Source: Lentisphaeria bacterium (GTDB taxonomy: Bacteria > Verrucomicrobiota > Lentisphaeria > Victivallales > JAUVCU01). From it: a stretch of DNA of 26,032 nt. Positions 25,499-26,032 of this stretch are shown piece by piece. A model generated the notes under the pieces. That model made no database searches. It saw only the letters and a list, made by a program, of their open reading frames with translations, and was not told the DNA's origin. A program made the position numbers and the translations under genes. Each line of letters opens with the position of its first letter. The stretch's first letter is position 1. The stretch covers positions 1-26,032 of the forward strand of contig JAUVCU010000001.1 of assembly GCA_030590715.1 (NCBI GenBank), given 5' to 3'.

Positions 25499-26032
25499 CT
25501 ATTCCTGTATTGAAACAACCAGATTGTTTCGGTGAATCACTTCGTCGTCTAAAGCCGCGAAATCTTCGTCGAGCTTTACTTTTAAAGCTTTGGGAATATC
25601 AGAACTTTGAAGTCCTTTTATCGAGGAACATTCTTCGGAATTGTAGTTAATCAACCCTCTGGCAACAACAATTCCTTCTTTGTTGGATATATTAACGGTG
25701 TCGCCACGATCAAATGTACCTTCGACTTTGGTAATTCCGGATGAAAGTAAGCTTTTGCCTTTTTTACAAAGGGCTTTTACAGCACCTTCGTCAATAAAAA
25801 GTTTTCCGTTTGGTCTCGAGAAAAATGAGATCCATCTTTTCTTTGACTGCATTGATTTTGTCAGGGAAGGTAAGAAAATTGTACCAACGTCCTTTCCGTC
25901 AAAAACCTGCTCAAGAATATCACTTTCTCGTCCGTCTGCAACAATCAGGCTGTCCCCGGTTGCTGTAACAATTTCAGCGGCCTTAATTTTGGAAATCATT
26001 CCTCCAACAGACATTGCTGCGTCATCAGTACC
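25499..26032 (-). CDS. proB: Glutamate 5-kinase, 3' part including PUA domain; 5' end off-window
   Basis: GGMISKIKAA, VGT-F, KKRWI, IDEGAVKAL...GKSLLSSGI...G-FDRGD, ARGLINY, EVIHRNNLV. The frame stays open to the window edge. Confidence 0.96.
   Translation of the reverse strand, partial: GTDDAAMSVGGMISKIKAAEIVTATGDSLIVADGRESDILEQVFDGKDVGTIFLPSLTKSMQSKKRWISFFSRPNGKLFIDEGAVKALCKKGKSLLSSGITKVEGTFDRGDTVNISNKEGIVVARGLINYNSEECSSIKGLQSSDIPKALKVKLDEDFAALDDEVIHRNNLVVSIQE

Noticed and set aside
1-26032. CRISPR array, rRNA, prophage or a defence-type RT system
   Set aside because: No regularly spaced repeats, rRNA-like tracts or phage genes. The only RT is fully explained as a group II intron maturase.

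Overview
Bacterial chromosomal window with a small accessory left arm and a housekeeping core. A PVC/Lentisphaerae-like host is only my impression from protein style and is untested. Left arm (1-8.7 kb): the 3' part of a class C (IIC) group II intron with an intact RT/maturase, a nickel superoxide dismutase (sodN) with a Sec-type leader, an inverted pair of GTAG-type REP-like repeats, two hypothetical envelope proteins, an alkaline-phosphatase-superfamily metalloenzyme followed by dgkA, an FHA/Cys4/Ser-Thr kinase, and a decayed patch (lectin-like repeat pseudogene plus transposase HTH stub). Core: prs-rplY-pth-rpsF-ssb-rpsR-rplI-dnaB (minus strand), a cation/proton antiporter fused to a PTS EIIA domain, ymdB-nadC, carA, rarA-ygfA-rny, a Dabb protein, miaB and the 3' end of proB. 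The least expected item is a 68-aa four-cysteine gene between proB and miaB that is absent from the ORF track. It is broken by two poly-A runs (A9, A8), each one base too long. A hairpin-rich ~180-nt leader also precedes prs. I found no CRISPR array, tRNA or rRNA, and I cannot claim a proven new system; the findings are testable candidates.
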